Origin: an uncultured Collinsella sp.
GTDB taxonomy: Bacteria > Actinomycetota > Coriobacteriia > Coriobacteriales > Coriobacteriaceae
Assembly (NCBI GenBank): GCA_900757505.1
Contig: CAAEOE010000013.1
Location: forward strand, 29,193-93,192
DNA: 64,000 nt
Reading direction: 5' to 3'
Shown: piece after piece, positions 10,964 to 20,538 of the stretch
Layout: each line of letters begins with the position of its first letter
Position numbering within the stretch: position 1 is the stretch's first letter
Program-made: the position numbers and the translations under genes
Notes under the pieces: model-generated
The model's database searches: none
What the model saw: only the letters and a program-made list of their open reading frames with translations
What the model was told of the DNA's origin: nothing

Positions 10964-11521
10964 GTGACTATGACGTGCTCTTTGGTGGTTAACAGCAAGA
11001 GCGGTAATACCAGGATGGTTTCGGGTGCGATTAAGCGCGCTCTGCAGGCTGCGGGCGTTGAGTTTGTCCATGCCGCGGCGTTGAGCGACGATGCGGATGC
11101 AGATCAGGTTGCGCTCGAGGCGCAGGGCGCCTGCGCGGCCGACACGGTGCTCGTCGGTTTTTGGTGTGACAAGGGCGCGTGCACGCCTTCGGTCGCGGCG
11201 TTGCTCTCCGCCTTGCACGGTAAGCGCGTCTTCCTGTTTGGCACCTGCGGTTTTGGCGCCGACCAGAGCTACTATCAGCAGATTATCGACCGCGTAACTT
11301 CCAATTTGGCTGGGGATGCCGAGCTTGCGGGCTGGGCGATGTGCCAGGGCAAGATGGGCCCCGCGGTCAAGCAGCGCTACGAGGCCATGCTCGAGCAAGA
11401 TCCCGAAAACGCCCGATTTAAGATGCTGCTCGACAACTGGGTTGCCGCGAAGGACCATCCCACCAAGGAAGACCTGGACAACATGGCTGCAGCCGCCAAG
11501 AAGGCCGTGCTGGGAGAGTAG
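10964..11521 (+). CDS. Flavodoxin family protein
   Basis: FMN-binding loop SKSGNT, GFWCDKG, FLFGTCG and CQGKM motifs. Confidence 0.85.
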   Translation: MTMTCSLVVNSKSGNTRMVSGAIKRALQAAGVEFVHAAALSDDADADQVALEAQGACAADTVLVGFWCDKGACTPSVAALLSALHGKRVFLFGTCGFGADQSYYQQIIDRVTSNLAGDAELAGWAMCQGKMGPAVKQRYEAMLEQDPENARFKMLLDNWVAAKDHPTKEDLDNMAAAAKKAVLGE

Positions 11522-11563
11522 CTTCGCCGTTCGCGGTCCTTCGTGCAAAACAATACAAATGTG

Positions 11564-11592
11564 AAAGCCTCGAAGTTCTCGAGGCTTTTTTT
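11564..11592 (+). terminator. Rho-independent terminator
   Basis: aaagcctcga-agttc-tcgaggcttt followed by a T run. Confidence 0.75.
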
Positions 11593-11600
11593 CATGACAC

Positions 11601-11935
11601 GAGGGCGCCCCTTTATTGATGGAAGGCCTAGTAAGCTGATTGTTCTATGCCCGGATGTGTGCGGAGTGGGATGGGATTTCCGGATGGGTGGGGTTGCGGA
11701 AGCTGCGTCCCGGAATTTGCCTTTGGAATGGGATGCGGTTTCCCGGTGAAGGGCTCTGTGGAAACTACATCCCAGCATTCGGTCGAGAAATGGGATGAAG
11801 TTTCCGGTTGAGGGTCTTGGCGGAAAGTGCGACCCGGAATTTGTGATCGAAGCGGGATACGGCTTCCCAACGGGGGCACAAGCGGAAGCCGCATCCCACT
11901 CCGGACGGGAATTCTGGGACACGGTTTTCAGAGGG
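11601..11935. repeat. REP/BIME-like palindromic array, copy A
   Basis: Alternating GGGATGCGGTTTCC / GGAAACCGCATCCC-like motifs with about 62-bp period. The 5' end gagggcgcccctttattga is shared with 21377. Confidence 0.75.
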
Positions 11936-12012
11936 TTATGGGCTGCGAACTACATGGGGCTGTCATAAAACTCCAGTAAAAGGGGTCGGAAATAAAGGAC
12001 ACTTCCAGCAAT

Positions 12013-12040
12013 TTGTTTTAATGTGGGGGGGGGGTACCAT
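12013..12040 (+). promoter_or_regulatory. Putative promoter with a G10 tract in the spacer, upstream of the sipW operon
   Basis: TTGTTT (12013-12018), 16-bp spacer containing G10 (12025-12034), TACCAT (12035-12040), in AT-rich DNA. Confidence 0.4.
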
Positions 12041-12331
12041 TATTTTAGTTTCGCAAAAAATAATCCCTCTATGGGGAAGTTGCGTAGGGGGTTAGTCACA
12101 GATATTGGATAAAGCAGACCAATTTGGGGATAAATGACCACTTACGCCAAAATTAGTAGCATTTAGCGACAAAACATTGAAAAATGTGTAGCACATCGCT
12201 ATGTTTTTATTACGAAAAGATTCCAAATTGGCTTATTTCGGACTCACTTTTCAAGCGCCTTGCGGTTCCTGTTGAAACTTGCTGACCTTTGGATGGGTCG
12301 AATAGGTCCTCAAGGGGGATGAATTATCACT

Positions 12332-12889
12332 TTGACGGCGCGTAGACTCAAACGATTTATTGCACTTTTGAGTAGCTTGGCGTTCGCGCTTGTCATAGCC
12401 CTTGCCGTTGTTTCTTTTGTTCCTCGTGCATTTGGATACATGCCCTTTGCTGTGCTCTCGGGCTCTATGGAACCCGATCTTCCCGTTGGCTCCATGGTGT
12501 TTGTCCGCCAGGTTGAGCCAACGGATATTACCGTGGGCGACAATGCAACCTTTTACCGATCGGACGGCGCCGTGGTGACGCACCAGGTGTACGAGATCGA
12601 CCCTGCCGCGCAGATGATCGGCACGCAGGGAATTGCGAACAAAAATGCAGACGGAAGCATCATGCACGATGCCGAGCAGACGCCTTTTTCGAGTGTTATC
12701 GGCACTGTTTCTTTTTGTGTCCCTTACCTGGGCTTCGTTAACGCATATTGCACGACGATGCCCGGTTTGCTTGTTGTGGTGGCCGTTCTGGCGCTGCTGG
12801 CCGCGGCGTCGATTGTGCTCGATCGGATGGTTCCCGACGAGCCTGCGGGCAAGCATACCCGCGTGCATGCGAGGGAGCGGCGTTCATAG
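12332..12889 (+). CDS. sipW: Signal peptidase I, SipW (ER/archaeal) type
   Basis: VLSGSMEP catalytic Ser, VVTHQV catalytic His, TQGIAN, VPYLG. N- and C-terminal TM helices. Confidence 0.88.
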   Translation: MTARRLKRFIALLSSLAFALVIALAVVSFVPRAFGYMPFAVLSGSMEPDLPVGSMVFVRQVEPTDITVGDNATFYRSDGAVVTHQVYEIDPAAQMIGTQGIANKNADGSIMHDAEQTPFSSVIGTVSFCVPYLGFVNAYCTTMPGLLVVVAVLALLAAASIVLDRMVPDEPAGKHTRVHARERRS

Positions 12890-12959
12890 CGGCAGGGAAA
12901 AGCGTCGGCGGCGGTAGGGGCCGTTGCCGGGGAAAACGATTCTCGAAAGGAAGAGAACG

Positions 12960-13724
12960 ATGGAAAACAAGAAGAAAAAGCGCTACGGCATCATTGCCGC
13001 CCTGTTGCTGTTGGTGCTGGCTGCCGGCGTGGGTACCTATGCATGGCTGACGGCGCAGGAGCACATTGACAACGTGTTCACGGTGGGTAGCTTTGGCCAC
13101 CCGGAAAACAAGCCTGATCCGACCGATCCCGAGAAACCGGCCCCCGATAATCCGAACACTGAAAAGGCCTACCTGTTCGAGACCCAGTGGGTTGCCAACT
13201 CCAAGATGGTACCTGGCGCCACTGTGGCCAAGAACCCCAATGTCGGCATCAAGACTGGCTCTGATGATGCATACGTATTCATTTACGTAAAGAATGCCAT
13301 CGTCAAGCCTGGCACCAGCCTTGAAAAGACCCCGTACTTTACGCTCAAAAATACGAATTGGAAGCCCGTTGAGGGTCAAGTCAAGACCAACCAATCTGAC
13401 AACTCTGGCAACCAGTACGTGAGCGGTCTGTTTATGTACTCCAAGAACTCTGCCGCAGAGAACCTGCCTGCAAAGCTCGAAGCCAACAAAGCAGCGCAGG
13501 ACGTTTATACCGATGAGCTTTTCACTGCCGTGACGATTCCCTCTGCCATGAACAACACCGATGTTGTCGAGACTACTACTGACCCGAAACAGGCTCCCAC
13601 GATGACGGTCTCTGCCTACATCTTTGGCGCGGGCCAGAATGGCACCGAGCAGGGTGAAAATGCTGACGCGCAGAATGCCCTTAAGCAGGCCAAGGAATGG
13701 GCTAAGACTCAGGCTCAGGCTTAA
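12960..13724 (+). CDS. SipW-dependent-signal fibre subunit (TasA/BsaA-like), probable major subunit
   Basis: KKKKR + hydrophobic stretch + GTYA|WLT...NVFTVG signal; MVPGATVAKNP motif. Confidence 0.82.
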   Translation: MENKKKKRYGIIAALLLLVLAAGVGTYAWLTAQEHIDNVFTVGSFGHPENKPDPTDPEKPAPDNPNTEKAYLFETQWVANSKMVPGATVAKNPNVGIKTGSDDAYVFIYVKNAIVKPGTSLEKTPYFTLKNTNWKPVEGQVKTNQSDNSGNQYVSGLFMYSKNSAAENLPAKLEANKAAQDVYTDELFTAVTIPSAMNNTDVVETTTDPKQAPTMTVSAYIFGAGQNGTEQGENADAQNALKQAKEWAKTQAQA

Positions 13725-13812
13725 AATCCCCCCACTGAGATCTCGGCCCGCCCCCACCCCTATATTCGGGCCGGGATCTCGGTCCCCCTTTTATCGACGA
13801 TTGGCGAACGTA

Positions 13813-14460
13813 ATGCTCAACAATCTTTCCGACAATCAGAAACGCACCTTGGCGCTTGCCGCGATGGCGCTGTTGGCCCTGGCGTGCCTGTGCGGCACGC
13901 TGGCTTTTACCGTTGATATGGTTCCGGCGAACAACGTCCTATCGTTTGGCAGCGTGAAGGTACGAGTCTGCGAATACACCCTCAACGAGCAAGGCGAAGA
14001 GATTCCGTTTGAGGCCGACGAGCACGGGGACTATCCCGACACCAAGGCCAGTGGCTCTGACATCAGCCGCATTGTGCGCGTGGAGAACGCCGGCGCGCAG
14101 CCTGAGTACGTTCGCGCTCGTCTACGCATGACGTCAATGGCACCCGACGGTTCGAGTGCGGATGCCTCGGGCAGCGTTGCGTTTCATGTGAACGCGGACG
14201 AGGGGTCCCCGTGGATCGACGGCGGCGATGGGTGGTACTACTACCGTGGATTGGCCGGGCGTGGCGGCATGCTCGACCCCGGCGCCATGACGGAAAGCCT
14301 CATGGACTCGCTGCGCTTTGTGGGCGACTACCACGATGCCGCGCGCGGCGGCTCATTCAGGCTCGATATCGATGTTCAGGCCGTGCAGGCCAAAAACCAG
14401 CAGGCAAGCGATACCGTCCTCGACGTGCTTGACGTCGCGGGCTGGCCGGAGGCGAACTAG
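13813..14460 (+). CDS. SipW-dependent-signal fibre subunit (minor)
   Basis: GTLA|FT...NVLSFGSV; VENAG..PEYVRARL; DGWYYY; VQAVQA. Confidence 0.8.
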   Translation: MLNNLSDNQKRTLALAAMALLALACLCGTLAFTVDMVPANNVLSFGSVKVRVCEYTLNEQGEEIPFEADEHGDYPDTKASGSDISRIVRVENAGAQPEYVRARLRMTSMAPDGSSADASGSVAFHVNADEGSPWIDGGDGWYYYRGLAGRGGMLDPGAMTESLMDSLRFVGDYHDAARGGSFRLDIDVQAVQAKNQQASDTVLDVLDVAGWPEAN

Positions 14461-14463
14461 CCT

Positions 14464-17400
14464 ATGAAGATCAAGAATATGAACCGGGGTATGCTTAGCA
14501 GGCTGGTTGCCGTCGCAGCGATTGCCCTTTGCTGCGTTATGGCGCTGCCAACGGTGGTGCATGCCGAGGATGTGCCCGAGGCCAAAATCGAATTCCACAT
14601 CAAAAACGAGGCTGACTTTTTGTCGTGTGTGGCGCTGTCGCGCGAGCGCGATACGTCCGGCTGGCACGTTTATCTCGATAACGACATTGAGCTCGACAGC
14701 GACGACATGAAAACCATCGTTGCAGACACCGTTAAGCATCTGTCGTTTGGCAACAAGGAGCATCCGTTTAAGGGCGTGTTCGATGGTCAAAACCACGCCG
14801 TTGAGGGCCTGAACTACGATAAAGACGCTTTTGACCCCGAGCGCGATACGGGATTTTTTGCCGAGACCAACGGCGCCACCATCAAAAACTTCCTGGTCAA
14901 GGACGCCAACGTGTGGGCGGACTTCCGCGGTGGCATTATCGTGGGCAAGGCCGTCAAAACGCGTTTCGAAAACGTTATGGTCATGGAGAGCACGCTGCAC
15001 GTGACCTGCGCCAACAATGCTCTCAACCTCATTACCAACGCAGGCTTTGAGGGCGGTCTCATCGCCGGCGAGCTCGACGGCTGCACCCTCTACAACTGCG
15101 AGGTCCGTGGCGGCCGTGCCGTCAACAATACGACCTCGGGCGTGCAGGCGCTCGGCGGTGAGGGTCTGTATATGGCGGCGTTTGCCGGCTACGTTAAGAA
15201 CTCGACTATCGAGTACTGTCGCGTGACGCCGACGCGTAAGGACGACGGCTCGATTGCCGAGAAGGGCATGACCGACGTCACCAATAAGTACGACGTGGCC
15301 ATTGGCGCCCTGGGCGGCAACAACGTGTACGCCTCGGGTTTTGTGGGCTGCATGGCGGGCGAGGCCAAGATTATCGACTGCTTCTCGACGGCGCAGTGCT
15401 ACAGCTATGCCGCGTCGTACGTGGGCGTCGTCGCCGTGACGCGCGCGTGGACGGGTGGCTTGGCGGGTCGTATTCTAACCGAAAAGGGCAACGAGCTCGT
15501 TCGAAGCCATTTTGCGGGTGACTTGAGCTCGCGTCAGTACAATCCCATCGCCGTGATCCCCATCATTCAAAACGATGTGAACCTGGGCGGCATTGCCGCG
15601 CGTGCCAACAAGGATGATGCCACGGTCACCGAGTGCTACTTTAAGCCGAGCGTGAGCCTTTCTGGCAACAGCCAGGGCAACCCTGCCAAAAAGAAAATCC
15701 CCTCGTTTGGCGGCGATGACACCACCAAGGGTGATGGCTATGGTCCATGGGATGACGAGCGCTACACCACGCGCGAGCTGTGGGAAGAGCACGACTACGA
15801 CTTTTGTGCCGGCACCAAGCGCTCGACTGCTAACAACGGGGCCTTGGGTGGCTCGCACTTCAATGAGTGGGCGATGGATTACAAGCTGAATATTCCTGTG
15901 CATGGCCAGAGCGTTAAGGCGACGATCGATTTTCCCGGTGCGGGCACCGCGACAATCGAGAAGACCAAACTTGGCAAAGACCAGGCGACCTCGGATCCGT
16001 ACGCCTTTGCCGTGAGCGCCGTGCTGGCGGGAACGGCCCAAGGCCTGGCCCAGGGCGATACATCGGTAACGTTTAAGCAGGATACCTCCGCAAAGCCAGA
16101 GGGTTTGACCGAGGCCAACGGCGGCTACCGCTTTATGGGCTGGTTCCGTGAGCCCGGAGTCAATGTGAACCGTATCGATGCCGATAACGCCTGGTTTAAC
16201 GGCAAGACCGATGCCGATGCCGTTAAGGCTGGCAAGCAGGTCCAGAAGAACGAAGCGCACGAGATAACGTCGAGCTATACCGCCGATAACGCGAAGGGGG
16301 CCGAGGCCTTTAAGGGCAACGACCTGTTTATTGCTTCGTACGAGGCGCAGGTACTGTTCTATAACGTCAAGGGCGAGACGCTCGCGTGGCAGAGCGGCGA
16401 GGAGCACGACAAGTCGACGGACTGGTACCGCTATGGCGTCGGTTTAACGCCGGCTGCCCCTGCGGACCGCGGCACTCTTTCTGCCAGCGCCACCTTTATC
16501 GGTTGGACGACGCAGCCGAGTGGCGAGGCCGGGATGCATGGCGGTTACGCGGCCATCACCTCGCCTGAGCTTGCCGAGTTAAAAAACGCCGGTGCGTTCT
16601 ATCCTGCCGGCACCGAGATCACTGTGCTTGGCCCTACCGATTTTTATCCGGTGTACACCGACTATGTGTCGAACATCATGACGGTGTTTGAGGGCAATGA
16701 GCAGGATGCAACCGACGATCAGACTCGGCGCGACGGTGTGGGCAAAACTGACGTTAAGGTTGAGACTGCAGAAGATGGCACAAGCGCGTATACCGTACAG
16801 GTGCTCGACGTATCCGGTAAAGCTATATCCGAGGAGGGCCAGCTGCCCGACGGCTATCGTTTCCTGGGTTGGTATGAAAACAAGGGAACCGAGGATGCCC
16901 CGCTCGAGGTGCGCGTAAGCCGCGACCCCAGCTATACGCTCCCCGCCGATGTCGATTTAACCGCGCCGCATACCTACATCGCCCGCTTTGAGTACCGAGT
17001 GGATTATTACGTTCGGGCTTATACCAACCATGAGTTTACGGACAGCAAGCTACTTTGTTCCGTTTGGAATCGCTATCAAACGCCCTTTGAGGAAAACGTC
17101 GGTAGTACCTTCGTGCGTGAAAACGTCGTCCACTGGGGCCCGGAGCATGTTGACCACGGTATAAAGGATAGTTATGAAACGTGTGGCACGCGCTTCACGA
17201 AGGAAACCCTTGTCGTGAGTCCCCTTAACGCGTACTCGCACAACGTTAAAAACGATACGGGAGCCGATACTCTAAAAAACCTCTATGCCGATACCGATTT
17301 TCCAGGCGCTGCAACGCTAAGCGATACTTGGACTTCGGCTTCGCTGAACGTAACGGTCAAACCGGTGAATGATCGCTATCGCCTGAATTTCTGGACGCTT

Positions 17401-19962
17401 GAGCGCGATGGTGAATATTGGACATATGTGAAAAATCCCATCGAGAGCATGGTGCGTACAGATAAGAAGTACTACGTTCGCGCGATGATTACCACGGACG
17501 TTAATTTCTACAACAAGGGCGATAATGTCGTGAGGACTGCCACGCGGCGCTATGAGAGTAACTTGCTGCAGACCAAGGTGAACGGGGCGGATCCGACGTT
17601 CACGTATTACTACCCGCATGTTAATAAGTCGGTTAAAGTGGCCGAAAAGCCAGAAGATGGTGAGAAGGGATCGTATGAGAGCCCCCTGACCCTCGAGTCT
17701 TCTCCGACCGATACTGAAATGGCCGTGCGGAATCCTAAGGGCGAGCCGGATCCGAGATATAAGTTCTTGGGTTGGATTTCGACCGCCGAGGTCCAGAAGG
17801 ATTCTCCCGTCTGGAACTATATCTATGATGTCGCCAACGACCCCTATGTGACGAGCGATCCGGAAAAGGCGGCGCCATACTTGGCGACGGATGACTTCAA
17901 GGTCACCAAGTGTCAGGATGCCTATCCCGTCTACGCAAAGTTCGACGTCAACTACACCACCAACCTGCACCGCGCCGGTTTTAATGGCACTTCCGAGGTG
18001 AATGTTCCTAGGTATGACATCACCCCTAATCTCAATGCGGACAACGATCCCGCCACGGCAACGGTGACTCCTGATATCGAAACGACGGTATACAAGTCCG
18101 GCGGCGAGTTATACAAGCTGAATAAGGTCGAAATCGAACTCCCGAACGGTGAGGTTAAAAAGCTCGAACCTAACGGCGATAACTCGTATTCCTATCAGGT
18201 GGAACCCGGCGGAGCCTATACATTTGTGGCGTACTATTCGCCGTTGGCGGTCGTGTACCATCTCAATGCCAAAGATGTGGATGGCAAGGTAGCCCAGCAG
18301 GGCGATACGCTCGGCAGCCTTAAGGACGGCATCCCGCTGCCGACGTATAACGTTGGCGACATCGATGATGCAACGAACGCATACAATGCCTTCGTAGGCT
18401 GGACGGAAACTAAACCGGCATCCGGCAACTGTTATGTCGTTTGGTCGGACGGCCTTCCCATGGTGAATACAAACACTGTGGTTAACGCCCCCATGGAGCT
18501 GTACCCGGTCTACCGTGCCAGCGCGGTAATTGTCCAATCGAATATCGATGCCAATCTGGATAACCCCGATTCCGTGCGTTCTCTTTCGCGCACCGACTCT
18601 GGCGATCAAATTTCGCTGGAAGTAAGAGCTACAGCTGAGGTTGTCGGCATTGACGGCACCAAGTACGACTTTGTCGGCTGGTCGCGCGACTATGAACCCG
18701 ATGGCAAATACACCCTGTTGACCGAAGACGATAAGTATCCCCTCGAGGGTAGTGAACCCTTTAAGGGCGCGACGTATACCGCGGTGTACAAGGTCACGCC
18801 GTATAAGGTGCGCTATCACAGCGTCGACGGGGCGGTCATCTTTACGGCGACGGTCGACTCGGGCGACGAGCGCGCGCAGGACGGTAAGCCTGGCTTTGTC
18901 TACACGGTCGATGTTCCCAAAATGGACGAGAGCGGCAACCCTTTCTTCGACAACGACGGCAATCCTGTGATGGAGCAAAAATCCGTGGCGTACGATCCGG
19001 ACGCCCACTCCAAGATCGTCGCGCTGCTCGATGAACAGGCTGCTGCCAATGGCGATAAGCGCGAGCTCTTCTTGGAGTGGCGATATGTGGGTGCCGATGG
19101 CACTGCAAAGTCTTGGGATGAGTTCAAGGGCGAGCCAGTCAAGGGCGACATGGACCTGTATCCCGTGACGTATCGCGTGGTTGCCAACGATACGTCTGAT
19201 CCCGCGAAACCCGTAACCATGACCGCGCAGCTTAAATGGCTGCTCGATCCCGCCGCCGCCAACACCGTCGATGACGGTGCCGACCAGGCGCCGTTTAAGG
19301 TCTGCTTTGCCGAGCCGTTTATGGGAACACAACTGACCGTTACGGTAACGCAGGCAAGCTACGGCCCTGGTGCAGAGGGCGTTTCTGCGGCGGAAAAGCC
19401 TGTGAACGGCAAGTTTGTCTCGCTCTACAGTCTGGGTTCGGGTGGCGGCTCGTTCGACCTGGCCAACCGTCTGGAGTCCAAGAAGACGGGCGAGGGCGAT
19501 CAGGGCCCCGGCAAAGCCGTGTTCAACTTTGCCCAGACTCATGCGCTGACGATCGTTAAAAAGACGACCGATGCCAGCGCTATGGGGCAAACGTTCCGCT
19601 TTAAGGTAACGCGAAAGATGTCGCAGGATTCTCCTGCCGAGACGCGCATGGTCGAGGTGAAAGTCGATAAGCAGCAGCCGGAAAACGGTGAGACCTGGTA
19701 TGTCGGCAGCGTGCAGTTCGCCGCTCCGGCGGGCATCTATACCGTCGAGGAAGATACGGCTTGGGCATGGCGCTACCAGGGTGAGCTGAGCACGCCGGGT
19801 AAGGCGCCCGGCAAATCTGCCGAGCTGACGATTTCGTCTGCTTCGAGCGCAGGCGACGCCGTGGTGACGTGCGTTAACACGCGCGCGAAGGATAAATGGG
19901 TCGATGGTGGCTCGCGTGCCAAGAATGTTTGGGAAAACGGCACGCTAAGGAGGGAGGACTAG
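14464..19962 (+). CDS. 1832-aa secreted putative adhesin. N-terminal GLUG/beta-helix-like domain, repeated 'F.GW...YPVY' modules, C-terminal Ig-like domain
   Basis: Sec signal ending VHA; FKGVFDGQNH motif; several GY.F.GW repeats; no TM or LPXTG at the C-terminus. Confidence 0.8.
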   Translation: MKIKNMNRGMLSRLVAVAAIALCCVMALPTVVHAEDVPEAKIEFHIKNEADFLSCVALSRERDTSGWHVYLDNDIELDSDDMKTIVADTVKHLSFGNKEHPFKGVFDGQNHAVEGLNYDKDAFDPERDTGFFAETNGATIKNFLVKDANVWADFRGGIIVGKAVKTRFENVMVMESTLHVTCANNALNLITNAGFEGGLIAGELDGCTLYNCEVRGGRAVNNTTSGVQALGGEGLYMAAFAGYVKNSTIEYCRVTPTRKDDGSIAEKGMTDVTNKYDVAIGALGGNNVYASGFVGCMAGEAKIIDCFSTAQCYSYAASYVGVVAVTRAWTGGLAGRILTEKGNELVRSHFAGDLSSRQYNPIAVIPIIQNDVNLGGIAARANKDDATVTECYFKPSVSLSGNSQGNPAKKKIPSFGGDDTTKGDGYGPWDDERYTTRELWEEHDYDFCAGTKRSTANNGALGGSHFNEWAMDYKLNIPVHGQSVKATIDFPGAGTATIEKTKLGKDQATSDPYAFAVSAVLAGTAQGLAQGDTSVTFKQDTSAKPEGLTEANGGYRFMGWFREPGVNVNRIDADNAWFNGKTDADAVKAGKQVQKNEAHEITSSYTADNAKGAEAFKGNDLFIASYEAQVLFYNVKGETLAWQSGEEHDKSTDWYRYGVGLTPAAPADRGTLSASATFIGWTTQPSGEAGMHGGYAAITSPELAELKNAGAFYPAGTEITVLGPTDFYPVYTDYVSNIMTVFEGNEQDATDDQTRRDGVGKTDVKVETAEDGTSAYTVQVLDVSGKAISEEGQLPDGYRFLGWYENKGTEDAPLEVRVSRDPSYTLPADVDLTAPHTYIARFEYRVDYYVRAYTNHEFTDSKLLCSVWNRYQTPFEENVGSTFVRENVVHWGPEHVDHGIKDSYETCGTRFTKETLVVSPLNAYSHNVKNDTGADTLKNLYADTDFPGAATLSDTWTSASLNVTVKPVNDRYRLNFWTLERDGEYWTYVKNPIESMVRTDKKYYVRAMITTDVNFYNKGDNVVRTATRRYESNLLQTKVNGADPTFTYYYPHVNKSVKVAEKPEDGEKGSYESPLTLESSPTDTEMAVRNPKGEPDPRYKFLGWISTAEVQKDSPVWNYIYDVANDPYVTSDPEKAAPYLATDDFKVTKCQDAYPVYAKFDVNYTTNLHRAGFNGTSEVNVPRYDITPNLNADNDPATATVTPDIETTVYKSGGELYKLNKVEIELPNGEVKKLEPNGDNSYSYQVEPGGAYTFVAYYSPLAVVYHLNAKDVDGKVAQQGDTLGSLKDGIPLPTYNVGDIDDATNAYNAFVGWTETKPASGNCYVVWSDGLPMVNTNTVVNAPMELYPVYRASAVIVQSNIDANLDNPDSVRSLSRTDSGDQISLEVRATAEVVGIDGTKYDFVGWSRDYEPDGKYTLLTEDDKYPLEGSEPFKGATYTAVYKVTPYKVRYHSVDGAVIFTATVDSGDERAQDGKPGFVYTVDVPKMDESGNPFFDNDGNPVMEQKSVAYDPDAHSKIVALLDEQAAANGDKRELFLEWRYVGADGTAKSWDEFKGEPVKGDMDLYPVTYRVVANDTSDPAKPVTMTAQLKWLLDPAAANTVDDGADQAPFKVCFAEPFMGTQLTVTVTQASYGPGAEGVSAAEKPVNGKFVSLYSLGSGGGSFDLANRLESKKTGEGDQGPGKAVFNFAQTHALTIVKKTTDASAMGQTFRFKVTRKMSQDSPAETRMVEVKVDKQQPENGETWYVGSVQFAAPAGIYTVEEDTAWAWRYQGELSTPGKAPGKSAELTISSASSAGDAVVTCVNTRAKDKWVDGGSRAKNVWENGTLRRED

Positions 19963-19963
19963 G

Positions 19964-20536
19964 ATGGGTAAGCGCAAGCAGATCGTCGCCCTCCTTGTCG
20001 GCGTTCTTCTTTTGGCTGGCGCTGCCGGCACCTTTGCGTGGCTTTCGGTTACGGGCGTGCTGGTCAACGAGTTTGGTTTTGGCTCGGTGAAGCCCTCGGT
20101 GGACGAGACGCTCGACAATAATGTGAAGAGCGACGTTGCGGTTAAAAATAGCGGTTCAGCTCCGGCATACCTGCGTGTTGCGGTGGATATCTACTGGCAG
20201 GACAAGGATGGCGCACGCCTGTGGGATGAGCCAGTTGCCGGTGCCGACTACGACATTGCGTGGGGCAGTGTGTCCAAGGCATCTGCTTCCAACACCGCCT
20301 CATCTTGGGTTGTCGCGTCCGACGGATACTACTACTGGACGTCGCCCGTCGCTCCCGGCGCGGAAACCGGCGTGCTCATTAATAGGGTTACCGAGCTCAA
20401 GGCAACCGAAGGTCGCAATCTTGTCGTGGATATCTCCACTCAGGCGGTCCAGGCGATGCCCGATGAGGCCGTGCACGACGCATGGGGTTGCTCGGTCGAG
20501 AATGACGTGCTGGTGCCGCCGCATGGAGGTGCGTAA
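19964..20536 (+). CDS. SipW-dependent-signal fibre subunit (minor)
   Basis: GTFA|WLS...NEFGFGSV; VKNSGSAPAYLRV; DGYYYW..PVAPG.ET; QAVQA. Confidence 0.82.
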   Translation: MGKRKQIVALLVGVLLLAGAAGTFAWLSVTGVLVNEFGFGSVKPSVDETLDNNVKSDVAVKNSGSAPAYLRVAVDIYWQDKDGARLWDEPVAGADYDIAWGSVSKASASNTASSWVVASDGYYYWTSPVAPGAETGVLINRVTELKATEGRNLVVDISTQAVQAMPDEAVHDAWGCSVENDVLVPPHGGA

Positions 20537-20538
20537 GT

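Noticed and set aside
10964..11521. Bilirubin-reductase (bilRS) locus, because the flavodoxin resembles BilS-like proteins
   Set aside because: No BilR-like Old Yellow Enzyme gene nearby; only the flavodoxin family call is supportable.
11601..11935. Possible CRISPR array (also the arrays at 21377 and 43515)
   Set aside because: Units are degenerate alternating inverted motifs, not identical repeats with unique spacers, and there are no cas genes.
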